This document shows positions 9,125 to 19,820 of a stretch of 49,904 nt of DNA, one piece after another. Where the stretch lies: contig JBGPIA010000026.1 of the NCBI GenBank assembly GCA_041484665.1, forward strand, positions 1 to 49,904, read 5' to 3'. The position numbers were made by a program, and so were the translations under genes. The notes beneath the pieces are model-generated. The model searched no databases. It was given only the letters and a program-made list of their open reading frames with translations, and was not told the origin of the DNA. Numbering within the stretch: the stretch's first letter is position 1; the number at the start of each line of letters is the position of its first letter. The DNA comes from Candidatus Krumholzibacteriia bacterium (GTDB lineage Bacteria > Krumholzibacteriota > Krumholzibacteriia > JAJRXK01).

Positions 9125-10939
9125 TCAGGCGGGGGGCGGCAACCCCGGCTGCGGCTCGATCTTCAGGTGCACGTGCAGCGCGTAGTCGGACAGCTGCGTC
9201 TCGAACGTCTCGGCCAGCGCGGAGTTCTCGTTGAGCGCGTTGGCCCGCAGCACCAGATCACCTTCGAATGCCTGGGGCAGCGGGTTCAGATTCGGCAGCG
9301 GACCTCCTGACGCGGCCAGCGACGTGGAATGGATGTGCCCGTCGGGGTGGGGCTTGGAGAGCCACTCGAGCCGGCCCAGTGGCCAATTCTGGAAATTGAG
9401 CGTTTCCCACATCCTCGCCAGGACTGAGGTGATGATGTCCTCCGACAGCGCGGGATTCTCGATCTCCTGCCAGGTGATGCGGCGCCCGTTGCTCCAAGCA
9501 GCCGTGCGGGCCTGCAGCGTCTGCCGGTAGAAGACGTCGCCGACCGGGTCCTCCTCGTTGCCGTGGCTGGAGATGTGAAGCGTGTCGGTGTCGGCCAGGA
9601 ACAGCTCCACGGTCCAGCCGATGGGGATGGCTACGCCCGGCTCGATGTCCTCCACCGGCAAGCGCGTCCACCAGCGTCCGTTCACGCCTACGCGCAGCAG
9701 CCATTCCTCGGTCGGACCCTCCATTTCTGGGATATCCAGGGGTCCCGTGCGCAGGGGGTGCGTGCGGAGCGCGTCGACGTGGGAGAAGTGGAGGGTGACC
9801 TTGCGCACTCGACGCGCTTGCGCCAGATCCGGGTCTGGCCAGCCCAGCGAGATCATCACCCCGTAGTTCTCGACCTGCGGCGGCAGGAGAGTGAGCGGGA
9901 TCGTCACGCGCGCTTGGCGCGGGATTGCCGCATCGGGCGGCCAGGGCTCGATGCGCGGCTGCGCGTGCGCCAGGGCCAGCAGGTTCTGCTCGTTGCCAGG
10001 GTCGTGCCCGAAGAAGCGCCAGTGGACCAGGAACGGAGAACGCAAGCCGATGCTGTACACGTTGCTTCCGGATGCCGCGCCCATATCCAGGGGATAGACC
10101 GGCGGCTCCAGCCCATCGGGAGGATCGGGCAGGTCGACGAGGAACGTGTAGTCGCGGTCGTTGATGCGCGGCCAATCCACATACCCGCCTCGCCGGCAGG
10201 TGAAGAAGGTGAACTGTGTCGCGGGAACGAAGAGAGCATTCTCGCGGAACTTGAAGCCCTCCGTGCGCAACGTCGCCATGGCCTTGACCGGGTGCAACTC
10301 GGTGCGATGGCGCCTCTGGGTCTCGGGTGGGTTGGGGTTGTTGGGATCCAGGCTGGCCGAATGGCCGCAATCGTAGATCCAGCGCCCCGTAAGCCAGACC
10401 TTCTGCCCGCGTTGGGGCCAGCCCCAATCGGCGGCGCTGCGGGGATCGGCCCCGTGGTCGTAGTACCCCCCGGGGACGGGCGCTCCGCGGAGCCCCTGCG
10501 CGAAGTTGCCCGTGTCCCACTCGCACTCCAGCGTCTCGGAGGGGCCCAGGTTGTGTCCGGCTTCGTCGAACTGTGCGTTGCCGCGACCCCGCAGGTAGAC
10601 GTACGGCGGCTCGGGGATAACGTGGAAATTCCAGTCGTACCAGACGTGCCAGTTCAACAGCGGCGCGTCGGTCCAGGTCGTAAAGCTGTTCTCCAGCAAG
10701 CCCTCGAGCTCGTGCTCCGCATTTGCGGCCACGGGATCGCCGCGCTTCACCACGACCCACGATGGCGTCAGCACGCGCATCTCCGTGTCGAACGGGCCGC
10801 TGACGCTGCTTGCGAGCCGGCAGCCGGGTAGGTAGCCGGGCTGGCCGAACGTGCCGCGCTCCCATCCGTTTCCGTCGGCCGGCGTCGTGGGCAGGCCGCT
10901 GGGAGCTGGAAACCGTTGGAAGCTCTTGAGTGCCGTCAT
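9125..10939 (-). CDS. Hypothetical 604-aa Trp/Pro-rich protein
   Basis: Long ORF with protein-like composition; GGAG RBS; motifs GRWIYDCGH and TELHP. Confidence 0.8.
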   Translation of the reverse strand: MTALKSFQRFPAPSGLPTTPADGNGWERGTFGQPGYLPGCRLASSVSGPFDTEMRVLTPSWVVVKRGDPVAANAEHELEGLLENSFTTWTDAPLLNWHVWYDWNFHVIPEPPYVYLRGRGNAQFDEAGHNLGPSETLECEWDTGNFAQGLRGAPVPGGYYDHGADPRSAADWGWPQRGQKVWLTGRWIYDCGHSASLDPNNPNPPETQRRHRTELHPVKAMATLRTEGFKFRENALFVPATQFTFFTCRRGGYVDWPRINDRDYTFLVDLPDPPDGLEPPVYPLDMGAASGSNVYSIGLRSPFLVHWRFFGHDPGNEQNLLALAHAQPRIEPWPPDAAIPRQARVTIPLTLLPPQVENYGVMISLGWPDPDLAQARRVRKVTLHFSHVDALRTHPLRTGPLDIPEMEGPTEEWLLRVGVNGRWWTRLPVEDIEPGVAIPIGWTVELFLADTDTLHISSHGNEEDPVGDVFYRQTLQARTAAWSNGRRITWQEIENPALSEDIITSVLARMWETLNFQNWPLGRLEWLSKPHPDGHIHSTSLAASGGPLPNLNPLPQAFEGDLVLRANALNENSALAETFETQLSDYALHVHLKIEPQPGLPPPA

Positions 10940-11540
10940 GCTCCATCCCTCCGCTGCGCGCCGGATACGCGTGGCTCATCGTCGGCCATCCTACCCCGGA
11001 CGCGCCTCTCCGCTCCACCCGTTCTCGAGCCTCGCAGTGTCCGACTCCGCGCTGTCGGTCCCGGCCGGGCCCGCGGCCGCACTTTCGATGCCGGGTGGGT
11101 TCGCGCTAGCCCTGTCGGTTCCGGCTGGCCCGCGGCCGCAGTGTCAGTCCCGGCCGGGTCCGCGCCAGCACTGCCGCTCGACCCATTCCGGGGCCGGGGC
11201 GATACTGGAAGCCTGGCAAGCGGTCGACACCAACCTCGGCCCGCGCAGTGCGTCGGCGGCCGCTATGTCAGAGCGCGTACCCGGGGGGAGGATGACCAGG
11301 CGCTGGAGCGCGATGCACGATCGCGCGTCGCAGTGCGCCGAAAGAGTCTGGGACGCGCGGTGCGGGACGATCACGGGACGCAGCGCTTGGGACGATCGCG
11401 CCACGGGTTTGTCGCGAGCGCGTACGACCAGGACGGATCGCCCGAGCAGCTTCGCGCATCCCGGAATGCGGGACAGACGAACCGAGGGGCCGTTGCTCCT
11501 ACGAGCAGCCTGATGAGCGGGGCAACGGGGAGGGGAGTCC

Positions 11541-11834
11541 ATGGAGATCTTCGTTGATTTCGGCCTCTTCGAATTCCTCGCCGCGCTGGGCCTGGCCGCG
11601 GCGGCTCGCGCCGCGTACAGGCGCCGCTGGCTGGGCATCCTTCTGCTGGCGCTGAGCGTGCTCGCGCCCGCACTGTTGCTTGCCGTCAGCCGCGGTGAGT
11701 TAGCGCGTTGGCTCGCGGCCGCCTGCCTGGCCACGGCGCTTGTCAACGCGGGCCTCATCGGCACTTTGATGCGGCGGCATGACTTCGGGCAGCTACTCGC
11801 CCGCCAGCAGCGTGGCCTTGGGGAGCAGCCGTGA
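11541..11834 (+). CDS. Small membrane protein (about 3 TM)
   Basis: GGAG RBS, three hydrophobic segments. Confidence 0.7.
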   Translation: MEIFVDFGLFEFLAALGLAAAARAAYRRRWLGILLLALSVLAPALLLAVSRGELARWLAAACLATALVNAGLIGTLMRRHDFGQLLARQQRGLGEQP

Positions 11835-12321
11835 CCGGATCCGGTCGCGTGATCGTTGATTCGCCTCAGCAGCCGCGCCGGCCGCCCATGCGGGCCGTCG
11901 CTCCCAAGCTGCAACAACCCGGGCACGCAGTCCGCTGGCCGTCTGGGAAACGTCGTAAGCACCCCCAGGCCAGTTGGTGCGGCTGATCTGCTGGTCGAGG
12001 CGGGGGCAGCTGGCGGGTGGAGAATGGCACGGGACCCGTGGTTTGCTGTGGGTGTGCAGCCCTGCAGCCGTCCCGGGGACTCCTGTGCGCATCCCGATCC
12101 GTCTCCTCATCCGTGTCCTGCGTCCGAAAGCTCGTCGGCGTCGACCACGCGCCCAGCCACGCACACGACCACGCAGCCCTCCGACCTCTGGCTGGAACCC
12201 TGGTTCGCGCCGTGCGACTAATATGTAGGAAGGCCCCGCTCCGATGGCCGAGGCTCGTCTGCGGCTACCGCCGTCGGATACGCCCGCGCGACCTCTCTCT
12301 CTTGCGCAGGAGTCCTTTGCC

Positions 12322-13748
12322 ATGCGCCCCTCGATTTGCTTCCTGCCGCGTCGCGTCGTGCGCCCACGACGGGGCGCCGCCGCTTGCGCAAGCCTCGCCC
12401 GTTGGGCGGGTGTCGCGGCAACCGCACTGCTGCCGCTCCTGGCCAGCACCGCCCACGCCGGCGCTGAGCCGGTCGTTCATTTCGCGCCGTTCTACGAGTA
12501 TGTCCAGGAGGCAACGCCTTCGATTGCAGTGCCGGTCGCGATCTCCTCAGCCGCCACCGGCTCCGTGGGAGTGGCCTACACGACGGCCGACGGTTCCGCC
12601 CACGCCGGGAGCGACTATGTCGCCAAGAGCGGCTTTCTGTCCTGGTCCGCTGGCGACGCTTCGACGAAGAACATCTTTCTCAACATCATCAACGATGATG
12701 TGCCCGAGACCTACGAGCAATTCGATCTCATTCTTACCTCCGGGGATGGCGTCACCGTTGGCAAGCCTGACACGGCAACGGTGTACATCTTCGACGACGA
12801 CACCATCATCGTCCCCACGGTCTCCTTCGTCGTGCCGCCTGGACTGCCGACCAACACCTTCGGATATCACCTCTTGTACGGCGATGCGACCGTCGGGCTC
12901 GATCTGCCGGTCCGCGTGTTCAACGTGACGTCATGGCCGTTCACGGTGCCCTACACGATTGCGGGCGATCCGCAGACTCATGAGATGGTATTCCAGCAGG
13001 ACGAGTTCGAGAAGCCGATCCCCGTACCCGGAATCGAGGTCCCCGCGGGCCAGGTTGCGACGGCGCGTCTGGTATCTCTGGGGCAGCGAGCCAAGCGGGG
13101 CGGCAGTTCCTTCTCGGATATCGTCGCCTTGCTCGCAGATCCCCGTACCGGCACTCAGAGCTCGCTTGAGTGTCTGTGGGGCTTCATATGTTTGATGTTG
13201 GTGGATGTGGACTACAACTACTGTGGATTTGGCGGAAACACGAGCTCTCCCGGAGCCGGCGGGGCCGGAGGCACGACAGGGGTCGCAGCATCTGATCGAG
13301 CGGGCTCCACCGATCCGACGACCACGCTTCAGCGATACCGTGACGAGATCCTGGCGCCCACGCCGGTCGGGCAGTACTACATCCGCCTCTACAAACAGCT
13401 CAGTCTGGATGCAGAGGCGGCCGCGGTTCGGCAGCCGACATTCGTCTTCGAGACCATCTCCGCCCCGCAGGAATGGGTCGCCGGCCTCGGTGCGTTGGTC
13501 GATGGAGCCGGCGATGGCCTCGTCATCTCGCAGCAGATGGTGGACGATCTATACTCGGTCGTCACGACGCTCGGAGGCAATGGACCCCAGCGTTCGCTGA
13601 CGCCCTGAACAGCGAATGGGTGCGCTTGCGGGTGTCGATCCTGCCGGGTCACACCATGAACGAATTCCAGGTACAGATCGAAACGCTGGGGGGCCGCGTG
13701 CCCGCTGCGGAACCCTCCTGGGGGTCGCTGAAGTCGAGTTTCAAGTAG
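12322..13748 (+). pseudogene. Secreted Calx-beta domain protein with CFI-box-like segment and SWGxLK tail; apparent 1-nt frameshift near 13585
   Basis: Signal peptide; Calx-beta VAYTTADGSAHAGSDY...IINDDVPETYEQF; LQRYRDEIL..T.VG.YY..LY; frame stops at 13608 while another frame continues PAFADALN...PSWGSLKSSFK to 13748. Confidence 0.7.
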
Positions 13749-14022
13749 ACCAGTTAAGCGCCCAATAAGCGCCCAGCTCGGCGCTGGCGCGCTCGCGCGA
13801 GGCCGCTGGGTTTCTGCGGACCTCGGTCAAACCACCGGGCGTCGATGGGTTCGCCGCTGCCACTGGACGTGGTGCGCCGCAGGGCGCAGACCGGGATGGG
13901 GCGGAAGCCGCTCGACCCACGCAGGGCTTGCAGGGAGCTCCAGCTCGACCCTTTGGAGCCGCGCCGTGGCAACGCACGCACGACACGAGCCGGACGATCA
14001 AGCACCGCTCCAGCACCGCGGC

Positions 14023-14186
14023 GATACCCCGTCGGGACCGCGTCGGGAGCGCGTAGAGCTGCGCCGACACCGCGTCGCAACCGCGTCGGCACCGCGCTAG
14101 AACCGCGTCGGCACCGCGCAGAACCGCGTCGATACCGCCCGGAAGCGCGCCGAAACCGTACTGAAACCGTACCGAAACCGCGTCCA
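14023..14186. repeat. Degenerate 10-11-bp tandem repeat (accgcgtcggc-like)
   Basis: accgcgtcggc, accgcgctaga, accgtactgaa, accgtaccgaa units upstream of the export operon. Confidence 0.7.
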
Positions 14187-14363
14187 CCCGCAGCCCCGAG
14201 CTCGTGGGTCCCCGTGGTCCCCCCCGTGGGTCCCCTTCCCCAGAGCCGGGAAGTTCGCTAGAATCATTGAATTGAGCAACCGGCAGAAACTCGTGAGCAC
14301 CCGGCTGAGACTCATGAGCCGCCGGCTGGAGCCCGGCGAACTCGCCTCACCGGGAGGTCCCCC

Positions 14364-15281
14364 ATGTCCGCGCTCGTGGCGACCCTGATTGCGGCCGCCC
14401 TCTGCTCTGCTACCGGTGTGTTCGCCGCAGCCGACGCCGCGAAGCCCGGGCCCGCCGACCTTTCGCGACCTCCGTCGACCGACCTTTCGCGACCTCCGTC
14501 GACCGACCCTTCGCGACCTCCGTCCGCCGACCTTTCCCCGCACGCAGTCGCCAGCCTCGCCGCCCAGGCGTTCAACGGCTTGCTTCTGCCCGCCTCCACA
14601 GCACTCATCAAGACGAAATATGACGAGCAGGTGGCTGAGGTGGCAGTCGAGGTTGGCTCGCGCGTATCGGCGGGGCAGACGCTGCTGCGTCTGGTGGACG
14701 ACGAGCAACGGGTGACCCGCGACCGCGCGGCCGCGCTGACCGACCGTGCCCGGGCCGAGCTCAAGCGGCTCGACGCGTTGCGCAAGAGCGAAGGGACCAG
14801 CGACCAGCTGCTCGAGCAGGCGCAGACCGCCCTGCGCGTCGCCGAAGCCGACCTGCAACTTGCCGAGATCCGCTTCAAAGAGCGCACCATCAAGGCGCCC
14901 TTCACGGGCATCGTTGCCGAGCGCTATGTAGACCCGGGTGCTTCGGTGCAGGAGGGCGATCCGTTGGTCCGCGTGACGGCGGTCACACCGCTGCGCCTGG
15001 AGGCGCTGCTGCCCGAAGAGATGCTCTCGCGCATGCGCGGCCACGCCCGCGTCGAGGTCTCCCTCACCGCGCCCGACACCGTGCTCGTCCTTCCCGTCCG
15101 CCTCGGCACGGTGCTCGTCGACCCGGCCAGCGGAACGTTCCCGCTGCACATCACCATCGACAACACCCAGGGCCGCCTGACCCCCGGTGCGAGCTGCACG
15201 CTGCGCATCCTGCCGGCGCAGGCCGGCGTGCCCGGGGGCTCGACCGCACCGCCGGCGACGACCGCCGATCGGTCCCCATGA
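14364..15281 (+). CDS. RND/HlyD-type membrane fusion (periplasmic adaptor) protein
   Basis: Signal peptide, lipoyl halves VEVGSRVSAGQTL and IKAPFTGIV, coiled hairpin, LTPGA; GGAGG RBS. Confidence 0.9.
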   Translation: MSALVATLIAAALCSATGVFAAADAAKPGPADLSRPPSTDLSRPPSTDPSRPPSADLSPHAVASLAAQAFNGLLLPASTALIKTKYDEQVAEVAVEVGSRVSAGQTLLRLVDDEQRVTRDRAAALTDRARAELKRLDALRKSEGTSDQLLEQAQTALRVAEADLQLAEIRFKERTIKAPFTGIVAERYVDPGASVQEGDPLVRVTAVTPLRLEALLPEEMLSRMRGHARVEVSLTAPDTVLVLPVRLGTVLVDPASGTFPLHITIDNTQGRLTPGASCTLRILPAQAGVPGGSTAPPATTADRSP

Positions 15282-17347
15282 CCTCGCGCCCCCCTCTCAA
15301 GCTGCGCGACGATCTGGTCGTACGCCGCCGCGTGTTCGGCGGCGAGGTGCGGTACGTGGTGAAGGACCCGCTGAGGCTGGACTACTTCACCATCGATCAG
15401 GTGAGCTATACGCTGCTCTCCTGCTGCGATGGCAAGCGCGACCTGGCGCAGCTCACGGAGCTGGCCCAGGGATTCTTCCCGGACATGGGCCTCGACCCGC
15501 TCAGCCTGCTGGGCTTCTTCGAGAACTACCGCAAGTTCCATTTCTTCGAGGACGCCTGGGAGCGCAACACGATGCTCATCGAGCGGCGGCGCACCGACCG
15601 CTCGCGCGCCCTCAAGAAGGCCTTCGCCAACCCCCTGGAGATCCACCTGCCCGCCTGGAATCCGGACCGCTTCTTCGACCGCATCGTCAAGCCGCTGCGC
15701 TTTCTGTGGACCCGTCCAGCGATGCTGGCCTACACGCTGATCTTTGTGCTGGCGATGTACGTATCGCTGACGCACCGCCGGGAGTTCGCGCTGCCCGTGG
15801 GTCAGCTGTACGTGATCCAGGGCAAGGCGTTGGTGGGGCTGGCCGCGCTGTGGTTCATCCTGCTGTTCTCCGTCGTGCTGCACGAGTGCGGCCACGGGCT
15901 CACCTGCAAGCACTACGGCGGCGCGGTGAACCGCATGGGTTTTTTGTTCCTGTACTTCAACCCGTGCATGTTCTGCGACGTGACGGAGGCCTATTTCTTC
16001 GACAACAAGAATCACAAGCACTTCGTCACGCTCGCGGGGGGCATCGTCGACCTGATGACCGCCTCGCTGGCGACGTTCATCTGGTTCTTCACGTCACCGG
16101 ATCTTTTCCTCAATCAGGTCGCCCACCGCGTGGCGCTGTTCAACGGCGTCACCGGGATCATGGTGAACTTCAACCCGCTGATGAAGTACGACGGCTACTA
16201 CCTGTTGAGCGACCACGTCGAGATGCCCAATCTGCGCGGTGACGCCTTCCGCTTCGTGGGCAATCGCATCCGCGTGCTGCTGCGCTTGCCCCACGAGCAG
16301 GAGCTCTACACCCGCCGCGAGCGCAAGGTGTACTGGACCTACGGCCTGCTGGCGCTGGGGTACTCGGTGTTCGTGCTGACGTTCATCTACCTGTTCGTGA
16401 GCCGCTGGGTGGTGGGGCACTACCGCGCGCTGGGCTGGGTCCTGGCCGCAGCGCTGCTGGTGTTGATGGGCAAACGCTACTTCCTGGGTGCCGGCCGCTT
16501 CGCACGCTTCTTCGCCCTGGACAAGGCCGGGCACTTCCGCCGCTTCCGCTGGGGGTACGTCGGCGGTGGTCTCGCGCTGCTCGCGGCACTCATGCTGGTA
16601 CCCATTCCGCGGCACGTGCGCGGCGAGCTCGTGTTGCGTCCGGGTCGAGAGGAAGTGTTGCGTGCGCAGGAGAGCGGCACGATCGACGCGGTGCTGGCCG
16701 ACGAGGGACAGTGGGTGGAGGCCGGCACCGCGGTCATGACGCTGCGCGACGAGACGGTGGCGCTGGAGCGCGCGGCGGCCAAAGCGGCGGGAGCCGGCTC
16801 GCGGCAGCTGCAGGCGGCCGCTCTGGCGTCGGTGGACGCCCCGCGCGCCGCGGCCTTCGGCGCGCAGGCCGCCGGAAGCGCCGCTCTCGAGCGCTACAGT
16901 GCCTCGCGCGAGCAGCGCCTGCGGGCTGTCGCCCCGGCGGGGGGCACGGTCCTCACGCCGCGCCTGCGCGAGCGAGTCGGCGCGAAGGTCGCCGCGGGGG
17001 ATACGCTGTGTGAGCTGGGCGACCTGCGCAGCTTGCGCGCCGAGGTCCTGCTGGACGAGCGGCTGATGGGGATCCTCGACGCTTCGGGTCAGGTCGAGGT
17101 ACGCACCTACGCGCTGCCCGGCCGCGTCGCCCGCGGCCACGTCGAGAAGGTTGCCCCGGCGTCCGACGACAGCCGTGCCGGAGAGGCGCGTCGCCTCTAC
17201 CGTGTGCTGGTGAGTCTGGACAACCCCGACGGCCTGCTGCGGCCCGGCATGACCGGCCGCGCACGCTTCGACGCAGGCGCCACCAGTGCGCTGGGCCATC
17301 TCGTCGGCAGTGCCGCCCGGGTGCTGCGCATCGATTTCTGGATCTGA
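15278..17347 (+). CDS. PqqD/RRE-like N-domain, M50 site-2 zinc metalloprotease and HlyD-type MFP fusion
   Basis: N-terminal YVVKDP..DYF...LL.CCDGKR; HECGH; NFNPLMKYDGY; several TMs; LRPGMTGRA; ATGA coupling to previous gene. Confidence 0.88.
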   Translation: MTSRPPLKLRDDLVVRRRVFGGEVRYVVKDPLRLDYFTIDQVSYTLLSCCDGKRDLAQLTELAQGFFPDMGLDPLSLLGFFENYRKFHFFEDAWERNTMLIERRRTDRSRALKKAFANPLEIHLPAWNPDRFFDRIVKPLRFLWTRPAMLAYTLIFVLAMYVSLTHRREFALPVGQLYVIQGKALVGLAALWFILLFSVVLHECGHGLTCKHYGGAVNRMGFLFLYFNPCMFCDVTEAYFFDNKNHKHFVTLAGGIVDLMTASLATFIWFFTSPDLFLNQVAHRVALFNGVTGIMVNFNPLMKYDGYYLLSDHVEMPNLRGDAFRFVGNRIRVLLRLPHEQELYTRRERKVYWTYGLLALGYSVFVLTFIYLFVSRWVVGHYRALGWVLAAALLVLMGKRYFLGAGRFARFFALDKAGHFRRFRWGYVGGGLALLAALMLVPIPRHVRGELVLRPGREEVLRAQESGTIDAVLADEGQWVEAGTAVMTLRDETVALERAAAKAAGAGSRQLQAAALASVDAPRAAAFGAQAAGSAALERYSASREQRLRAVAPAGGTVLTPRLRERVGAKVAAGDTLCELGDLRSLRAEVLLDERLMGILDASGQVEVRTYALPGRVARGHVEKVAPASDDSRAGEARRLYRVLVSLDNPDGLLRPGMTGRARFDAGATSALGHLVGSAARVLRIDFWI

Positions 17348-17361
17348 TCGCGTTCCCAAGG

Positions 17362-19722
17362 ATGACGTCCATGCGCGAGAACCGCCAGCCCCTCGGCGAC
17401 ACGAGCAACGCGCCGGCCTCTGCCGGGCAGCGCCAATCCCACTTGCGTGATCAGCAGCTCGCCGACCTGTACACCGAACTGGCGCGCAGCGCCACACGGC
17501 TGATGGTGGTCCACGAGGCGGGGCGCATCCTCAGCTCGACCCACGATGCCGAGCAGCTCGCGCAGGGGCTCTTATCGGTCATCGCCGAGGCGGTCTTCGC
17601 CGGCTCCGGCTGCGTGGCGCGCCTGCGCCAGGACCAGCTGGACATCCTCGCCACCGTGGGGCTGGAAGAGCCGGAGGTCGATGCGCTGGCGACCAGCCCG
17701 CGCGAAGCCTCGATCCTGTTCACGGTTGCCGACGAGCGATGCGTGATGGGACGCGATGAGCTCCTCGCGCGCTTCGGCGGTGTGCGTTCGCCAGCGCGAG
17801 GGAACGGTAGGCGGGCCGTGGATCGAAAGGCCGGCGCCGGCTCCGATGGAGGCGCGGAATTGGAAGGGAATCCCTCCACCGCCGCCTCTGCCGGCATTGC
17901 TGGGGCGACGATCGATGACCCGGGGCTCGCCGTCCTCCAGGAAGAAGCGCCCCCCGAGCCCGGCGAGCAGGAGTGGAATCCTCCGGATGAGGAACCGTGG
18001 GCGCCTCCCGACGAGGAGCCAGTGCCAGGCGAACCAGAACCGGACGAACCCGGTTTCCGCGAGGCCAGGCCCGACGCGCTGCTCGAGCCCGGCGCGCTCG
18101 AGCCCGGCCTGCTCGAGCCCGGGGCGTTTCAGCCCGCCGCGCTCGAGGGGGGCGAAACTGGCGCCGCGGCCATCGATGCGAGCTTCGAGCTGTACATCCC
18201 GCTGGAGATCGAGGATCGGGTGCTGGGGGTCGTCGCGTTGGGCCGCCGCGTCGACGGAGCCGCCTTCGGCGCCGAAGATCGCCAGCTCGCCGGCTCGCTG
18301 GCAGCGCACCTCGCGGTCGCGCTCGAGAGCGCGGCCCTGTTTGCGGACAAGGAGCGGCGCATCGAGCAGCTCAACGTGCTGCTGCAGCTCAGCAAGGAGA
18401 TCACCAGCACCCTCGACCTGGAGCGCGTGCTGGCCACCATCGCGCAGATGATGGGCATGGTGGTTCCCAACCGGCGCGCCGTCGTTGCGCTGGTGAGCGG
18501 CGGCAGCGGCGGTGTCGCCATCCGTGCCTCCTCCGAGCAGGGTTTCGACGCCCGCGCGGCCAAGGCCGATCCGCTCCTGCCCTGCCTGGTGTGGGCCCAC
18601 GGGGCACGCCAGGGTGTCAACGTCAGCCGCGCGCAGCTCGCCGCCGACCCGCAGGCATCCGGTCGTGATGTGCTGCTGCCGTATCTGGAGCGCGATGGCG
18701 GGCCGCGCGGCCTGTCGATCCAAGCGTTGGAGGACGATCAGGGGGTGCTCGGCCTGCTGGTGATCGAGAGCGATGCCGACCAGCCGCCGGTGGATGACGA
18801 GCAGGACGAGCTCGTTACGATCCTCGCCAATCAGACGACGGTCGCCCTGCGCAACGCCGAGCTCTACCAGCGCATGCCGATGATCGGGGTGCTCCAGCCG
18901 CTGTTCCAGAAGCGGGCTGGTGCCGGAAGCCGCCGCCAGCTGCTGCGCCGCCTGGGCGTGGCCGCCGCCATCGCGGCCCTGGGCCTGCTGGTGCCGCTGC
19001 CGGCTTGGGTGTCAGGCGACGCCTTCCTGCGCCCCGGCACGCCCGTCGCGCTGCGCGCGGAAACTGCGGGCATCGTCGAGCGGGTGCTGGTGAACGAGGG
19101 CGATCGCGTGAAGGCGGGGACGCTGGTGGCGACTCTGCGCGACGACGAGATCACCTCGCAGCTGGAGCAGGCGCGCGCCTCGATCCAGCGCGTGCGCGCC
19201 GAGGGCGCCCGAGCCCGCAGCGCCGCCGACCTGGCGACCTACCGCGCGCGCGAGGCCGAGCTGCTGCAGCTGCAGGAGCGGGAGCGCTACCTTAGCGCCG
19301 AGCTCGGCCGTGTCCGCGTCGTGGCGCCCATCGATGGCGTGGTGCTCACGCCGCGCGTGGAGCTGCGCCGGGGCGAGCAGCTCGGGCGCGGGGAGGTCTT
19401 TGCCGAGCTGGCCGACCTCTCGACCATGGAAGTCGACGTCACCGTGCCCGAGACGGACATCCGGGGCGTGGCAGAGGGGGCATCCGCTCGCCTGAAGGTG
19501 CACGCCTACCCGGGGCGGACGTTCCGCGGGAAGGTGCTGCGCATCGCCCCGCGCGCCGATGCCGCCGCCGACTTCCGCGTCACGCTGCTCGTGGACAACG
19601 CCGACGGAGCGCTGCGACCGGGAATGACCGGCCGCGCCCACGTGCGGATCGGCCCGCGGCCGATCCTGCAGTCCTTCCTGCGGCCGGCGCTGCGGGCTGT
19701 GCGGATGAAGCTGTGGATCTAG
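17362..19722 (+). CDS. Two-GAF-domain membrane fusion protein (GAF-GAF-TM-HlyD)
   Basis: GAF motifs VLGVVALG and LANQTTVALRNAELY; TM; VNEGDRVKAG, VVAPIDGVV, LRPGMTGRA. Confidence 0.88.
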   Translation: MTSMRENRQPLGDTSNAPASAGQRQSHLRDQQLADLYTELARSATRLMVVHEAGRILSSTHDAEQLAQGLLSVIAEAVFAGSGCVARLRQDQLDILATVGLEEPEVDALATSPREASILFTVADERCVMGRDELLARFGGVRSPARGNGRRAVDRKAGAGSDGGAELEGNPSTAASAGIAGATIDDPGLAVLQEEAPPEPGEQEWNPPDEEPWAPPDEEPVPGEPEPDEPGFREARPDALLEPGALEPGLLEPGAFQPAALEGGETGAAAIDASFELYIPLEIEDRVLGVVALGRRVDGAAFGAEDRQLAGSLAAHLAVALESAALFADKERRIEQLNVLLQLSKEITSTLDLERVLATIAQMMGMVVPNRRAVVALVSGGSGGVAIRASSEQGFDARAAKADPLLPCLVWAHGARQGVNVSRAQLAADPQASGRDVLLPYLERDGGPRGLSIQALEDDQGVLGLLVIESDADQPPVDDEQDELVTILANQTTVALRNAELYQRMPMIGVLQPLFQKRAGAGSRRQLLRRLGVAAAIAALGLLVPLPAWVSGDAFLRPGTPVALRAETAGIVERVLVNEGDRVKAGTLVATLRDDEITSQLEQARASIQRVRAEGARARSAADLATYRAREAELLQLQERERYLSAELGRVRVVAPIDGVVLTPRVELRRGEQLGRGEVFAELADLSTMEVDVTVPETDIRGVAEGASARLKVHAYPGRTFRGKVLRIAPRADAAADFRVTLLVDNADGALRPGMTGRAHVRIGPRPILQSFLRPALRAVRMKLWI

Positions 19723-19820
19723 TGGCGCCGGGGACGGCTCAGACGAGGATGAGGCCGGGGATCTAGCGGCGCTACCCGCGGTTCGGATCGATCGCAGGGG
19801 CCAAGCCTGGCACCGGGCGC

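Noticed and set aside
10940..12240. Additional ORFs such as 10851..11513 and 11856..12221
   Set aside because: Low-complexity or repeat-derived translations with no clear RBS or motifs; only 11541..11834 kept
14236..14274. Sigma54 promoter for the export operon
   Set aside because: A TAGAAT -10-like hexamer and a one-mismatch IHF-like site are present, but I found no convincing GG-N10-GC element
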